NCBI RefSeq assembly: GCF_009914755.1 | Contig: NC_060942.1 | DNA: 64,000 nt | Reading direction: 5' to 3' (one strand) | Source: the human T2T-CHM13v2.0 reference genome, Homo sapiens | In this document: piece after piece, positions 61,422-64,000 of the stretch | Numbering within the stretch: the stretch's first letter is position 1 | How the letters are laid out: each line of letters starts with the position of its first letter | Translations under genes and position numbers: made by a program | Notes under the pieces: model-generated | What the model was told of the DNA's origin: nothing | The model's input: the letters and a program-made list of their open reading frames with translations, nothing else | The model's database searches: none

Positions 61422-62349
61422 CCCCTTCCCCCTACAGACACTAGTATTTTCCCCATCATTATGTGATAATTATAAAAATATTTAGTAGAACACAGTTGTA
61501 TAGCGAGAAATTTATATCTACATACTTAAGGGCTACTTAAGGCTTTTCCTAAATATTTGTATAAACACAGCCTAGAAGTCCTGGGCAATACTTTATTCCC
61601 AGATCAACTGAGGGAAAAATAGCAGTTTGGAATAATATCCCTGACGCTAATGTAAAATAAAATAATGGCAGATAATAATTATAAAGGAGTACTTCTAGTC
61701 ACCCTTCTGAAGAATGAGCTTTTATTTATTTGTCCTTCAACTTTCCTGTTGTCATTTGCCTAATTTATTGAATAGACCAATTCCCTATATGTGGAACTGA
61801 AGATTAAATTTACTACTGGAAAGATGGGGGAAAGATCTGACTATGTCCAAATAACTTCATACAACTGATTGAAAATGAAAGCATTTTTTTCCATTTGTGG
61901 TAAAAGTTCAAATCAAAAACTTAATATTTAGCTTAATTCGTGGGTCATACCTCTACTGGTTTTACTACAACAATTAAAACCGGAGATTCCAGGTCTCTTA
62001 TGATAATCACACATCACTTCTTCCTTGGTAGGTTCTGGCCTCTGTAAGTACTGCTTCAATCCCATCCTTGAAGTTGGCTCTGGAAATTCCAACGGCCTGT
62101 ATTCCACAACTAATACATCTTGCAAAGTTCATGGAAATACCATCGACAGAGTGTCTCATCTTGAAAGCTGGGCTGCAGACCATTTTTTTTTATTTGCAAT
62201 TAATTATCTCCAGCTGTTGGACAGCAAAGAAAGAACACTCTAACTTAAAGCATCAGATGAATATTCCTCATGCCCTGGGGTGCAAAGTTCATTTTGCTCA
62301 TGTGAACTCCACAGAATTGGAAGGGAATTGAGCAGCATTTAAGCCAACA

Positions 62350-62460
62350 TTCCCAGCTTTGCAGGAGAAAAGTGAGGCTCAGAGACAGTGAGTTATATGC
62401 CCAAAGTTAAACTTCTTTTCATTAGTGGTTGATCCAGAACATACTCTGAGTCTAGAGGGT
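62350..62460 (-). mobile_element. MIR fragment
   Basis: GAGAAAAGTGAGGCTCAGAGA...GCCCAAAGTT. Confidence 0.65.
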
Positions 62461-63564
62461 TCGTATGATCTGTTACATGGTATGTTTCTCTTAATTTTTT
62501 TTAAGCTTCTTAATTAGGAATTCCAGATAACCACAACCTACCCTCAGTTGTATATTGCTAAGGATTGAGTGCAGGGTTGTGTCTATGTGTGTGTGGTGGG
62601 CAGGCATGGGAGAGTAGGGGATGGAAGAGACGACAACTATGAAGGAGTTACATGTGCAAAGGTGAACCCTGAAGTGCATTTTAGCCAGTGGGTACATGTC
62701 CTGTCAAATCATTTCTGAGAGCTACTGAAGAAGAGAACAAAATGGCCATCATGAGTTTTGTTTCATCTCCCTGCTCTTGCCACGACCTCTTCTGAGAATG
62801 ATGTAATGCGATGACTCGGACAAAGGGTGAGCCGTTGGAGGGGAAAATAAGAAAGGGAAAGAGACTGGAATCCCTAGAGTACAGCCGCTCATTCCTAAGC
62901 ATTGGCTACAAAATTACATTTGGAGAGTATTGAAATGCCATCAAACCTTTAGGTAATACGAGTCAAGAATTAATAACGTAAGCATTTTGCTCAGTCCCAC
63001 AATCATAAGGTACTAGGTAACAACTAACTTTGTTTCAAAAAGCCCTCTAAGGTACTGAGACACACCTGTCATTAGGAATCAAATTCCCCTGGGGACACAC
63101 ATCGATGACCATCAAGCCGCTCATCAAGTGCGCAATGAGAAGCACTGTGTCTTCCGTTTATAGCATCGTCTCTTTCCTCCAGGAGCTTGGCAGCGACACT
63201 GATGAGCAATGAGATTACTTGAAGGGATCAAAGGCGAGTCTGTGTTCCACTCTACAGCACAGAAATGCTGCAAAATTATGGTAAATTATGTCAGTACGTC
63301 TTCGTGCTGTTCCAAGCTCTCATCTGTAAAATGTTAACAGTAATCTGTGAAATGCAAACCACATATTTTCTTGTGTTCTTACAGCATAGAGAGGATTCAT
63401 GAGCTCATGGCCACCAAAAAGCCCACTGTTATTGTGGAGCTACTTGGGGGGGACCCACCATCCCAGCCAGTCATAACCAGGCCTGTGGCTCTCTGGAAGC
63501 TCCCACTGCTACCCTCTGCCATTGCTGCTGAAGACCAGGTAACCCACTACCTGGACATCATGCT

Positions 63565-64000
63565 CTCTCACACACCTCTTACATGACACACACACACACC
63601 TCACACCTGACAACATACACCTCACACCACACACATGATCACACACACTTCACACCACACACATGCTCACACACACTTCACACTTCACACCACTCACCTC
63701 ACACTACACATATACACACCTCACACATCTCACACCACACACATGCTCACACACTTCACACCTCATATATGGTTACACACACCTTACACCTCACACATCT
63801 CACACCACACTCACACCTCACACCACACACTTTCACACACTCATATACCACACACACATCATACACACACCACACACACATCACACACACCACACACTAC
63901 ACACACAATCACACACACATTCCTCGCACCATACCCACACCACAACCCACACACTCACACACCTCATACCTCACACATATCACACACCCCACACACTATT
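63565..64000. repeat. CA/CAC-rich degenerate minisatellite (runs off the window end)
   Basis: Recurrent units such as CCTCACACCACACACATGCTCACACACACTTCACAC. Confidence 0.92.

Noticed and set aside
61928-62331. Protein-looking ORFs (e.g. LKQYLQRPEPTKEEV)
   Set aside because: No family recognised; ORFs occur on both strands, and the region may be a decayed L3/CR1 relic.
63565-64000. Repeat array as CRISPR-like or coding (His/Thr-rich)
   Set aside because: Degenerate CA-rich low-complexity DNA with no fixed repeat-spacer structure, in a primate genome.

Overview
Primate (very probably human) non-coding genomic DNA, intergenic or deep-intronic. It is AT-rich and dominated by interspersed repeats: about 18 Alu/FLAM/FRAM copies (many with readable target-site duplications, TSDs), several decayed multi-kb L1M elements, one L1PA 3' end, L2/MIR/L3 relics, MaLR/ERVL LTRs (MLT1, MST, MLT2, MER54/74-like), a fossil ERVL pol segment, DNA transposons (Charlie1a, MER1B, Tigger3a, MER47/Tigger5, MER103C, MER5) and microsatellites. 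I can support no protein-coding gene, RNA gene or CRISPR array; the supplied ORFs are repeat-derived or unsupported. I do not see a new gene system. The best signals are structural. (1) An L1 3' transduction at 42552-43059 with a 17-bp TSD, ~157 bp of carried flank and a second AATAAA/poly(A). (2) A cluster of locally templated ~200-bp inverted duplications plus a fold-back hairpin at 53.7-57.1 kb. (3) A two-donor mosaic insertion at 34446-34658 joined by microhomology. (4) Smaller template-switch scars at 10154-10214 and 44281-44387. (5) A very young AluYa-lineage insertion. Subfamily names come from recalled consensus sequences, boundaries of old repeats are approximate (tens of bp), and identity figures are hand counts.
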